64,000 nucleotides of DNA from Mobula hypostoma. Taxonomy: Eukaryota. Position numbers and translations under genes: made by a program. Location of the stretch: positions 156,986,001 through 157,050,000 of the forward strand of contig NC_086097.1 in the NCBI RefSeq assembly GCF_963921235.1, written 5' to 3'. Shown piece after piece: positions 24,781-35,680 of this stretch (position 1 is its first letter; every line of letters starts with the position of its first letter). The notes beneath the pieces were generated by a model. That model saw only the letters and a list, made by a program, of their open reading frames with translations, searched no databases and was not told the origin of the DNA.

Positions 24781-26037
24781 TCATCATCATCATCATCATC
24801 ATCAGGTGCCATGCCCAGTTTGAGCTTTGACTGCCATGGCCCACACACTCCTGTTTCGGGTCAAGTGGATCAATTCACTGGTATTTATTTCCAGTTCTCT
24901 GGCTGCTGTCACCATCATCATTTGCCTTTGTCTTCCTCTTGCTTTCTTCCCTTCAATCTTTCCCATAATTACTGTGCATTCTAACTCCTCTTTCTTAATC
25001 ACATGTCCAATGAAGTTACGTTGCCTTTTCATGATCTCATACATTATTTCTCTTTTTGTGTTTGCTCTGTTCATGACATCCTCATTAGATATTCGTTTCG
25101 TACATGATATTCTTTGCACCCTCCTCAAAAACTACATTTCTCCTGCTTTAACTCGTTTCTTCATGTTACCAGATATTGTCCAACATTCTGAGCCATATAA
25201 CATAACTGGATAAACGTAACATTTCACTCTGAGGCAGGTTGTCATGCCTAGTTTAGTACTGGTCAGTATAGTCTTCATTCTCGTAAAAGTGTCTTTTGCC
25301 ATCCCTATTCTTCTTTTGATGTCCATGTTGCACCTGCCATCTGATCTCACTCAGTTTCCTAAGTAGCTTCTATATATGTTTTATATCTTCCCCGTTTATT
25401 CTCAGCCTGCAGATGGGATTCTCCCTCTTTTTGGATATCACCATACGTTGTCTTTTTTCCATTGATAGATAGACCCATTTTTGCACTTCCTTCAACAACT
25501 ATATCAATTAAGTTTTATATCTCTTCCTCCGTACTTGCAATTAACACAGTGTCATCTGCATATCTGAAGTTATTGATGTTTTCACCGCCAACTTTGATTT
25601 CCCAAGACGTCTCTTTTTTTTTGTAATATTGTTTCACTGTACACATTAAATATATCAGGGGAGAAAACACACCCTTGTCTAATGCCTCTCTTGATTTTCA
25701 TAATCTGACTCCTCCATCTATTCTTACAGCGGCAGTTTGTTCCCAGTACAGATTTCTGATTAGGTGGAGGTCTTTCTAATCTAGATCTAGAGTTTTCTGT
25801 AATATTTCAAATAGCTTATTGTGCTTCACTTTATCAAATGCTTTTGTGTAGTCGATAAAACAAACAAACAAATCTTTTTGCACTTGAATAGCTCGTTCTG
25901 ATAGTATCCTTAACATCAATATTGCATTTCTTGTACCTTAGTCTTTCACAAAAACATATTGTTCTTTACCTACTTCAGCTTGTATCTTACTTTTAGCTCT
26001 TGTCATCAAAATTCTCAGAAGTGCCTTGGTGATATGA
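24781..26037 (-). mobile_element. RTE-clade LINE, second copy (frameshifted)
   Basis: (TCA)n tail; homologous to 165-1161; FIDYTKAFDKV on the minus strand; 12-bp TSD ttatttgataca at 24769-24780 and 26056-26067. Confidence 0.92.
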
Positions 26038-26399
26038 TACAGCCATTACTTGATATTATTTGATACAGCCATTCCAAATGCACATAACATACAGAAGTAA
26101 ATAAGTGAAAAACTCCAGAAATATACTGAATTAAAAGAGGAAATTGAAAGACTATAGAACATGAGCAGAGTGTACATTGTCCCAAAAGTAATATCTACAA
26201 CTGGTATCATCCCAAGGTCATTACATAATAGCATTAAACAATTAGGGCTACACAGTAATATCTATGTAAATCTCCAGAAAGCCACAATACTAAACTACAG
26301 TAGAATAGTTTGAAAGTTCCTAGCAATTCAGAAATGAGCATGTTTGGCTATGACCACACCTCAGCTTCTACCAACTTGAGCTGAGAAAAATAAATTAGT

Positions 26400-28375
26400 A
26401 ATAATAAATATGCAATGAATATTGAGAACATGAGATGAAGAGTCCTTGAAAGTGTAGGTTGTAAGAACAGTCAGTTTTGAGGTGAATGAAGTTGAGTGAC
26501 ATTATCCCATCAGGTTCAATATTCTGATGGTTGAGTGGTAATAATTGTTCCTGAGGCTCCTATACCTCCTGCCTGATGGCAGCAGTGAGAAGAAAGCATG
26601 GACTTTCTTGCAACAGCACTCCATGGTGATGTGCTCAATGGTGGGAAGGGCTTTACCTGTGATGAATTGGGTTGTATCCATCGCTTTTCATAGGCTTTTC
26701 CATTGAAGGGCATTGGTGTTTCGATGCCAAGCCATGATGCAAACAGTCAATATCCTAACACCACACATCTTTAGAAGCTTGTCAAAGTTTTAGATGACAT
26801 GACCTATCTGCACAATCGTCTAAGGAAGTAGAGGTACTGCCGTGCTTTCTTTATAATGGTATTTATGTGCTGGACCAGGACATATTCGCTGAAATGATAA
26901 CACTGAGGAATTAAAATTTGCTGACACTCTCCATTTCTGATCTCCTGATGACAACTGGCTTGTGGCCCTGTGGTTTCCACCTCCTGTGGTCAATAATCAA
27001 CTCCTTGGTCTTACTGACATTGAGTGAGAGGTTGATGTTGTGGCACCACTCAGCCGGATTTATAATCTCCCTCCTATATGCTGAATCCTCACCATCTTTG
27101 ATCTGGTCAACAACAGTGGTGTCATTAGCAAACTTTCAATATGGCCTTGGAGCTATGCTAGCCTTACAGTCATAAATATAAAGCAAATAGAGCAGGGGGC
27201 TAAGAACACAGTCATGTGGTGCACCTGTGCTGATGAAGAATGTGGAGGAGATTGTTGCCAATCCGTAATGACTGGGATCTGCAAGTGAGGAAATCAAGGA
27301 TCCAATTGCACAAGGAGGTCTTGAGGCCTTAGTCTTAGAGCTTACTGATTAGAGTTGAGACAATGATAGTATTGAATGCCAAGCATGAAGAGCATCCTGA
27401 TGTATACATCTTCACTATCCCTTTGTTCCATGGTTAAGTGAAAAGCCAATGAAGTGGCATCAGCTGATGACCTGTCGTGACAAAAGACAAATTGGGGCAG
27501 ATCCAAGTAGCTTCTCAGGCAGGAGTTGATATGTTTCAACACCACCCTCTCAAAGCACTTTATCACTGGTTGATAGTCAATAAGGCAGGTTACCATGTAA
27601 AAGCTTAAAAATATCAGTGAACACTCCAGCCTGTTCTGCACAGGTATTTAGTGCTCGGCCAGGTACTCGATATGGACCAAATGCTATCCTTGGGTTCACC
27701 ATTCTGAAGCATGGTTTCATGTCAGACTTAGAAATTGACATGGCAGAGTCATCAAGGCTGTGGGAGTTCATGAAGGTGCCTCTATGTTTTGATGGTCAAA
27801 ATGGGCTTAAAAGAAGTTGAGCTCATCTGGGAGTGAAGACTTTTTGTCACCAACATTATGAAGGGTGATTGATAAGTTTGTGGCCTAAGGTAGAAGGAGT
27901 CAATTTTAGAAAACCTAGCACATATTTTTTTCCTACATATGCACACTTAGTCAAGTGGTCATGGAGCATACAGATCCCTTCTTTGTAGAAGTTGGCGTCT
28001 TGGACCTCCAGATGTGGTCCACAGCAGGGGTGATTGATAAGTTTGTGGCCTACAGTAGAAGGAGATGAGTTATTAACTTCAAACTTTCTGCATTTTCACT
28101 CAGAGTTGAACTGCACGTGCGTGTAACAAGAGCTGTATATCTCATCACCTTCTACCTTAGGCCACGAGCTTATCAATCACCCCTGATAAGTCATTAACTG
28201 ATGAGTTATTAACTTCAAACTTTCTGCATAATCACTCAGAGTTGAACTGCACGTGCATGTAACAAGAGCTGTATAACTCATCTCCTTCTACCTTAGGCCA
28301 CAAACTTATCAATCACCCCTCATCTATCACTTGGTTTCACTTTATAAGGATGTGATAGCATTCAAGCCCTGCCAC
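26400..28375 (-). mobile_element. Rex1/Babar-type LINE RT region, interrupted by a mariner MITE
   Basis: KCFERVVLKHINS, PQFVF and PGRALNTCAEQAGVFTDIF motifs on the minus strand. Confidence 0.8.
27859..28322. mobile_element. Mariner-like MITE with four TIR copies and an internal direct repeat
   Basis: Preceded by TA; TIR gggtgattgataagtttgtggcctaaggtagaaggag at about 27863 and 28028, with its reverse complement ending at about 28184 and 28320. Confidence 0.85.
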
Positions 28376-29400
28376 ACACAGTATAATTGGAATTAAAACA
28401 TTCAGTAGGGAAAATTAAAGATTAGTATAAGAAATCAACAGAAAAAAAAAATGAAATTATTTCACAACATTTAACTTTATTAACTGAACAAATGAGCTTA
28501 TTCAATTAACATCCTGAGTAACTAATTACCCAGTGCATCTTTCTAACTTATTCAGAAACTTCTATTGATCCTCTAGCAAAATGACAATTTTCATTATAAC
28601 TGCATGATTCAGTTATTATTAAAGAATTTATAAAATATAACTTAATGACGATGGTGGGAGTTTTGAGGTTTAAGCCGATTGAAAAATCCTGTTATCTTGA
28701 ACACTCATGGAAATTATACTGCACTAGGCAAAGATTAGCTGATCAGAATTCCAAAAAATTTGGTCAGGCAACTGACATTAAATCATTGGTACATTACAGT
28801 GCTTGTTCATCCATGATTTTGAAGAGATTAAAACAGCCATCAATCAAAAACTAATTATATAGCTAAAAAAATTTGACCTGACAATGTTACTCCTCCTGCT
28901 CCATATATGGGAAGTAATTATGTTAGTTTCTGCAATATTATCTTTAATACATTTAAAGATTACATTAAACTATTAGCAAGCTCTATTAGCATCAAAATGC
29001 CTTTTTAGAATCTTGCTGTAAAGTCTACCACAGGGAATAAGCACTATCCAAAACCCAACATAAAGAAAAACATATCTCACAACTTCTCTTTCAGCTCCTC
29101 CAAATTTCACCAAAGCCAAGCTGTAGCAATCAACGTTCACATATTCCCTAGCTATGTCTGCCTTTTCATTAGTTATAGTGGAACAATCCATGTTCCAAGG
29201 TTATTTTTAATTAAGCCGTACTGCATGCATTGTAAATATTTGTTTTGCACAGACTGGAGAATCACCGCAATCTCCTTGTCTTAAGCAATAACAATGAAGT
29301 TCTAACACGAGGAAATCTGCAGATGCTGGAAATTCAAGAAACACACATAAAAGTTGTTGGTGAACGCAGCAGGCCAGGCAGCAACTATAGGAAGAGGTAC

Positions 29401-29436
29401 AGTCGACATTTCGGGCCGAGACCCTTCGTCAGGACT
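29401..29436 (-). ncRNA. Minimal type I hammerhead ribozyme motif
   Basis: Minus strand agtc-CTGACGA-a-gggt ctcg gccc-GAAAtGTC-gact: stem I agtc/gact, a 4-bp stem II, the conserved core and a GUC triplet. Confidence 0.7.
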
Positions 29437-29679
29437 AACTGAAAGAAGAGCTAGTAAGAGATTTGAAAGTAGGAGGGGGAGGGGGAGATCCAAAATGATA
29501 GGAGAAGACAGGAGGGGGAGGGATGGAGCCAAGAGCTGGACAGTTGATTGGCAAAAGGGATATGAGAGGATCATGGGACAAGAGGCCTAGGGAGAAAGAA
29601 AAGGGGGGGGGGAACCAGAGGATGGGCAAGGGGTACGGTGAGGGAGAGAGAGAAAAAGAATCTAGCTCTTTTTTCAGTT

Positions 29680-29715
29680 AGTCCTGACAAAGGGTCTCAG
29701 CCCGAAATGTCGACT
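29680..29715 (+). ncRNA. Minimal hammerhead motif with a mutated core (CTGACAA)
   Basis: agtc-CTGACAA-agggtctcagccc-GAAATGTC-gact. Confidence 0.5.
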
Positions 29716-29809
29716 GTACCTCTTCCTATAGATGCTGCCTGGCCTGCTGCGTTCACCAGCAACTTTTATGTGTGTTGCTGCAATAAAGTTCTATTCTGTT
29801 CTATTCACT

Positions 29810-30561
29810 GGTAAAGCTCCCCAATTCTTTCTATGTTACTTTGAAGTATATTCAAATGTAGATTAGGAGACCACTAGCACCTTCACTCTATCCACTGAAA
29901 AAAGTAGGTTCTCTACTCATTTCAGTTTGACTTCAAATTTCCATTTTGACATGACTGTCCATGGCCTTCTCTACTGCCCATAGCTGGAGGATCGTATTTT
30001 GTCTGCGTAGCTACCAACCGAATGGTTTGAAAATCAGTGTCTCCAATTTTCGGTAATCTCTTCCCCTTCCCCCCTTTACTTTTTTCATTTCCTCATTTTG
30101 GTTATGTACTCAGCCCTTCTCCTCACCTGTCCATAAAGTACCTCCAGTTTTCGAACTGCAAAACATAAGAAAGTTAATCAAAATAAAAATACGGAGAGTG
30201 TGTAACCTTGGTTCTGATACTTTAGTGAGGCGCACACTTTTAACATATTGGCGTAATGATGTATGCCAATCCCGTACTTCAAAAATATAATCCATAATGA
30301 ATTATATGGATTATCAAACAATATCTTTACAATATTACTGAAATATTAAATACACAACATCCCCTTCTCCATCCACCCACTTTTCCCATCTCCTGGTCTC
30401 AACTATCACCTGGCAGCTCGTACTCAATTCCTGCCCCCACTGCCTTATCCTGTGTTCTTCCCCCTTCCTTTTTCGCCTAGTTGAAGGATCACAGCCCAAA
30501 ACACCCTTCCAGAGATGTTGCCTGATTAGCTGAGTCCTTTCTGCATTTTATGTGTGTTGCT
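29810..30561 (+). mobile_element. Degenerate PLE 3' region, interrupted by a solo LTR
   Basis: ctgtccatggccttctctactg and agctaccaaccgaatgg resemble the PLE at 33150-33300; ends ttttatgtgtgttgct. Confidence 0.65.
30145..30359. mobile_element. Solo LTR related to the LTRs of the Gypsy at 41975-45645
   Basis: Shares the end aatattac(t/a)gaaatattaaatacacaaca and the start-region aact(g/c)caaaacata with 41975-42225. Confidence 0.65.
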
Positions 30562-32311
30562 CATAGCTTGTTTTCTCTGCAGCAAGGACGGAACAGCCCC
30601 TTCAATGGCCAGTTTTCAGTAGAGAGAAATGTTAATACTGTTTTCAGACTGTACCACTGGACACATAATACACATTTGCCTGCTATAATTGGACAATAAT
30701 ATGTTGGGATCTGTGCTGTGGCAGAAGGTCCAATGGAATCTGTCAATTGCCTTCTGTGTTTAGGCTGATAATTATGGTGGAATAGTCATTAAAGTTCATG
30801 CAGATGTCAACACAGTGGAAGAAACAGAAATGGTAGGGAACCTGAGCACTGTTTCCCAGAATCTGAGTATCTTCTGAACTAAATCAGATTAAACAATTGT
30901 GACATTAATTTTAGTCAGTTTGAAAGATCTTGACATCAAATTAGGAGCAGAGAAATAAAAGAGGGAGAGAAGGATAGAAGAGATTGAGAAATACTATTTT
31001 TTTTTCTTTCAGTCTCATAGTATCATCAATTTTTATTAAATATTAAAACCTGCAAGAAATGGAATCTCTACAATTGTATTAATTCTCTGTGCTACAGAAG
31101 TCAATTTGCCATAGCACATCATTTTGCTGTAAGTGACAAACCCTAAGTCTGTGACATGCATAATTTGCATCGTCTATTCAAATACATCAGCTTCATACCC
31201 GGTCAATGCCTCTCAAAAGTGAGTCAAGCCTCAAGATGTCATTTTATGCAGTTAATGTCAGAACAATATATCCTTTCATTGACTTTTGGATTTCAACATT
31301 TAACCACTTACCTGATGCTACCATTGCATTTTGTACATAAATAATGCCAAGCGACATTAGCCTCACCAAGACTTTGACAGGAAATTATGGGTCCTTTTCA
31401 AAGACTGTATTCCAGCATGAAATATTTTATAGCTGTTGCCTGGACAACAAGAGTTTTCTTGTAAGTCTTGAATACCTCTCCAGAGGTGTCTTCTGAGTCA
31501 ATTTTAGAAACAATAATATTTCTCTTCAGCTCTTTAAGTTGAAAGGACACTTCAAAATTCAACAAAGCGGAATGAATATTGGGCAGAAGAGATAAGGAAA
31601 GTGAATGAAAAGAGCAGTTTTAAAAAAAAATATTGCTGTATTGTTTGGTGCAGGATAATGCTGACTTACGTAGATGTTGTTAGAAGTGTTCTTACATAGG
31701 CAAAATGTTTGATGCAGATAATAAATGTCACAAATGACGTCTCATATTACCCTTACAGTGAAAGATCATACCTCGCTGTCTTTGTCAACCTGTTTGCAAC
31801 CACTTACATCACAAAGCCTCTCCACTGAGTTCTAGCTCAGTGGTTTTGCACTCATTTGTCTCCAACATAAACCAGCCAATTATTTTAATTATAACTAGCA
31901 AGTGGCTTACAGCAGAACCTCCTCACATTCCTACACCATTCCTTCAAGTCTCACCAAGCCTCCAAGCTTTAATTTCACCTTTTCATATAAGATCATCCCT
32001 CAGCACCATCACCCATAAACACAAGGCCAACTTTCACAGGTGTACTGACAGTGTACAGGCCTAGCGCATTCCACCCCTTCTGGCCTCTGTGTTGGCTTTA
32101 AATTTACTCATTTGTCTGACATTCAAAATAGTGAACAGAAGTTTCTTCCAAACAATATTGGAAAGACAACAAAAATACCTTTGATCATGAATACAAACTT
32201 GATTCTCTAATCTTTCTTTTATCTCCTTAACAAGTATTTGAAACTGAAGCAACACACATAAAAGCTGCTGGTGAACGCAGCAGGCTAGGCAGCATCTATA
32301 GGAAGGGGTAC

Positions 32312-32347
32312 AGTCGACATTTCGGGCCGAGACCCTTCATCAGGACT
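32312..32347 (-). ncRNA. Minimal type I hammerhead ribozyme motif
   Basis: Minus strand agtc-CTGATGA-agggtctcggccc-GAAATGTC-gact. Confidence 0.72.
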
Positions 32348-33594
32348 AACTGAAAGAAGATCTGGTAAGAGATTTGAAAGTGGGAGGGGGAGAGGGGTGA
32401 TCCAAAATGATAGGAGAAGACAGGAGGGGGAGGGATGAAGCTAAGAGCTGGACAATTGACTCTCACAGCTATCTGGACTATTCCTCTTCTCACCCTGTCT
32501 CTTGCAAAAATGCCATCCCCTTCTCGCAATTCCTCCGTCTCCGCCGCATCTGCTCTCAGGATGAGGCGTTTCATTCCAGGACGAAGGAGATGTCCTCTTT
32601 TTTAAAGAAAGGGGCTTCCCTTCCTCCACCATCAACTCTGCTCTCAAATGCATCTCTCCCATTTCACGCACATCTGCTCTCACCCCATCCTCCCGCCACC
32701 CCACTAGGAATAGGGTTACCCTGGTCCTCACCTACCACCCCACCAGCCTCCGGGTCCAACATTTTTTTCTCCGTGACTTCCGCCACCTCCAACAGGATCC
32801 CACCCCTAAGCACATCTTTCCCTCCCCCCCCCCGGCTTTCCGCAGAGATCGCTCCCTACGTGACTCCCTTGTCCATTCGTTCCCCCCATCCCTCCCCACC
32901 AATCTCCCTCCTGGCACTTATCCTTGTAAGCAGAACAAGTGCTACACATGCCCTTACACTTCCTCCCTCACTACCATTCAGGGCCCCAGACAGTCCTTCC
33001 AGGTGAGGCAACACTTCACCTGTGAGTTGGCTGGGGTGATATACTGCGTCTAGTGCTCCCGAGACCTGACGCAGACTGGGAGACCATTTCACTGAACACC
33101 TACACTCTGTCCGCCAGAGAAAGCAGGATCTCCCAGTAGCCACACATTTCAATTCCACATCCCATACCCATTCTGATATGTCTATCCATGGCCTCCTCTA
33201 TTGTTAAGATGAAGCCACACTCAGGTTGGAGGAACAACACCTTATATTCTGACTGGGTAACCTCCAACCTGATGGCATGAACATTGACCTCTCTAACTTC
33301 CGTTAATGCCCCACCTCCTCCTCGTACCCCATCCATTATTTTATATATATATTCTTTCTCTCTCTCTCCTTTTTCTCCCTCTGTCCCTGTCACTATACTG
33401 CTTGCCCATCCTCTGGGCTTCCACCCCCTCCCCCTTTTCTTTGTCCCTGGGCCTCCCATTCCATGATCCTCTCCTATCCCTTTTGCCAATCAACTTTCCA
33501 GCTCTTGGCTCCATCCGTCCCCCTCCTGTCTTCTCCTACCATTTTGGATCTCCCCCTCCCACTTTCAAATCTCTTACTAGCTGTTCTTTCAGTT

Positions 33595-33630
33595 AGTCCT
33601 GACGAAGGGCCTCCGCCCGAAACATCGACT
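33595..33630 (+). ncRNA. Minimal type I hammerhead ribozyme motif
   Basis: agtc-CTGACGA-a-gggc ctcc gccc-GAAACATC-gact. Confidence 0.65.
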
Positions 33631-33974
33631 GTACCTCTTCCTATAGATGCTGTCTAGCCTGCTGCGTTCACCAGCAACTTTTATGTGTGTTGCTTGAAAT
33701 TCCAGTATCTGCAGATTTCCTCGTGTTTGCGGATTTGAAACTGAACTCGAGTTTCATAAACATGGTAACATACTTTTTTTCAAGAGGAGCTCTGACCAAC
33801 TCTCCACAATGACACTAATTCCATTGATTTACACCATAATGGTATTTAACTGCTCTGCCTCAGTTCACCTGCTGCCAGAACCTTGTCATGTCATTGATAC
33901 TTTTTGGTTGTGGCAATTCCAATGGAACCTACCACTTTCCATGAATATGAGGTTTTTCAAAACTCATCCATAGA

Positions 33975-34300
33975 TATTCCAACATCACCAATAACTTGTG
34001 TACTCACTGAATTACTTTGGCTTCAAATTATCCAGCACTTCCGATTGAATATGCTCATTATCATCTTCATTCTTCTACGGCCTTGCACGTACCTGACTCT
34101 GGAATCAGTTCCGGCTCTGAAAATCTGCAAGCTCACTCCATTCCTCTGATTTAAATTCACATTAGCATTAATGTCCATGTATATCGAGATTCTGAGCTCT
34201 GGATTTACTCCCTGGCTTTTACCTCCCTTTACTCCTGAAAACATAATTCTTTGAACAAGATTTTGGTCATCTTCCTCCATGATATCTCTTGCAAACTTGT
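33975..34300 (+). mobile_element. Ancient L2 LINE ORF2 C-terminal remnant
   Basis: SPITCVLTELLWLQIIQHFRLNMLIIIF..YL resembles the L2 motif PITPVLxxLHWLPV..RI.FKIL. Confidence 0.55.
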
Positions 34301-34439
34301 TCCATATTTTATTGATGGAAATCATGTGATACACTGGAATATTTTACTACATTAAAATATATTGAAATATAGGGATATGCAAGCTAAAGAAGCTGTCACA
34401 TTTCCAGTGAATCTTTGATATTGTCTTTGTGGAAGTTAT

Positions 34440-34855
34440 ACAACATCTCTGACAATGTGGTTTGCTTTTGTGTGTTCCAGTTTACTCCTTCATCCCAAAG
34501 ACATGGGTTGGTAGTTTAATTATCCACTGTAAGTTACTTTTAGTGTATGAGTGGTAGATTCGGGGATCCATTGATGTCAATTTTGGGCAAGTAAAATGGG
34601 GTTAGTGTGGGATTAATGCAAAATTGCTATCTGGTGGTTAGCATTGATTTAATGGGGCAAAGAGTCTCCTGCCATTCTTTCTGGTAACAGACCCTCCTGG
34701 CCCAACAAGTACACACCACCCAATTATACCCATATGACCAATTAACCTACTAACCCAAATGTCTTTGAAATGTGGGAGGAAACCAAAGCACCCAGAGGAA
34801 ACCCACATGGTAATGGGGAGAAGGTGCTAATCTTTGCAGACAGCAGCAGGAATGT
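34440..34855. mobile_element. Two opposed V-SINE remnants (+ at about 34440-34680, - at about 34680-34855)
   Basis: Core ccagtttactccttcatcccaaagac on + and its reverse form gtctttgaaatgtgggaggaaacc. Confidence 0.6.
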
Positions 34856-35374
34856 TATATGATTATAGATTTCATTTGTTCTTGAAATGGCACAGTATGC
34901 CAATACATATTTCTCCTTCAACTTTGGTCTCTTACTTTTTGTGCATGTTCAAAGGTATTATGTCTTCTAGGGAATATGCCTGGGAAAACCATTCAGTGTA
35001 GCTAAAAGTTAAAAAAAAGTTATTTCACAGTCACCTTGAAAGTATGGAAAATATAAATTAAATATTGCACAGAACCAATTCGTTAATGCAAAATAAATGA
35101 AAAAAAAAGACCTTGGAAATTAAAAATGTAATTTATGTGCTCAGCTCCTGAAGGTTATATTTGTGCTCCAGCCAGATCCACTTCCATCTGGTATCTTGCT
35201 GAAGTCTTGTTTTTTATTAGTGAGCAAAATCTGAGAATGCTGTCAGGCTATAAAACTAAAGATTGTATTCACAGTCACACATTTTGAATAAATGCAGAAT
35301 GAGAGGGAAAAACTATTAAAATGCTGAAAAAATTCAGTTTACTGAAAATAATAAGTGGAAGCTATGGTTCATTT

Positions 35375-35680
35375 TTCATTACTGGGTTTAAGCCCCTCGA
35401 AAGCGCTTGAGTAATGGAATAAGTCTGAAACCATTGCTCAATGCTGAGGCTTTGACTTCTGAATAAGAAATTGAGCTTAAATCCCAACTGCCCTCTAGAA
35501 GATTAACACATTCTATAGCACATCATCAAAGTACACCAAAAAAACAATCCCTGTGTATGGGATAATATTTATTAATCATTCAACATTACTAGGACAAAGT
35601 ATTATCAGGAACCTGCTATATAGAAATTGACTGTCGTATTTCTAACACAACTTCAGTTATTACATTTCATAAGAATGTAA
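35375..35680 (+). mobile_element. Ancient DeuSINE (SacSINE1/AmnSINE1-like) remnant
   Basis: Ordered blocks gggtttaagccc, ctgccctct, aatatttatt..caacattact and aaattgactgtcgtatttcta resemble the Deu-domain SINE consensus as I recall it. Confidence 0.5.

Larger units (their letters stand above)
22821..26390 (+). mobile_element. R4-clade (Dong-like) element, copy 2, interrupted by Rex1, PLE and RTE insertions
   Basis: Colinear with copy 1 from aatttactgaatcaaa to cttgagctgag; LTHLDMDNLKL, FGLDECKTLNIKK, YKYL and ETEGFLVAMQDQ. Confidence 0.85.
29305..29780 (-). mobile_element. Non-coding PLE insertion: pLTR plus inverted partial pLTR
   Basis: Inverted arms of about 115 bp (about 29340-29454 and 29662-29778); TSD caatgaagttcta (29292-29304) and caataaagttcta (29781-29793). 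Confidence 0.85.
32249..33732 (+). mobile_element. Penelope-like element (Neptune-like) 3' portion with an inverted 5' pLTR arm
   Basis: RT thumb YLDYSSSHPVSCKNAIPFSQFLRLRRICS; Cys linker CKQNKCYTC; GIY-YIG region HFTCELAGVIYC...PVATHFN...PDGMN; perfect 13-bp TSD atttgaaactgaa at 32236-32248 and 33733-33745. Confidence 0.92.

Noticed and set aside
27859..28322. CRISPR-like repeat array
   Set aside because: The repeats are inverted TIR copies of a MITE, there are no regular spacers or cas genes, and the context is eukaryotic.
34023..34334. 103-aa minus-strand ORF as a host exon
   Set aside because: It is antisense to an L2-like remnant, with no recognisable domain or convincing splice sites.
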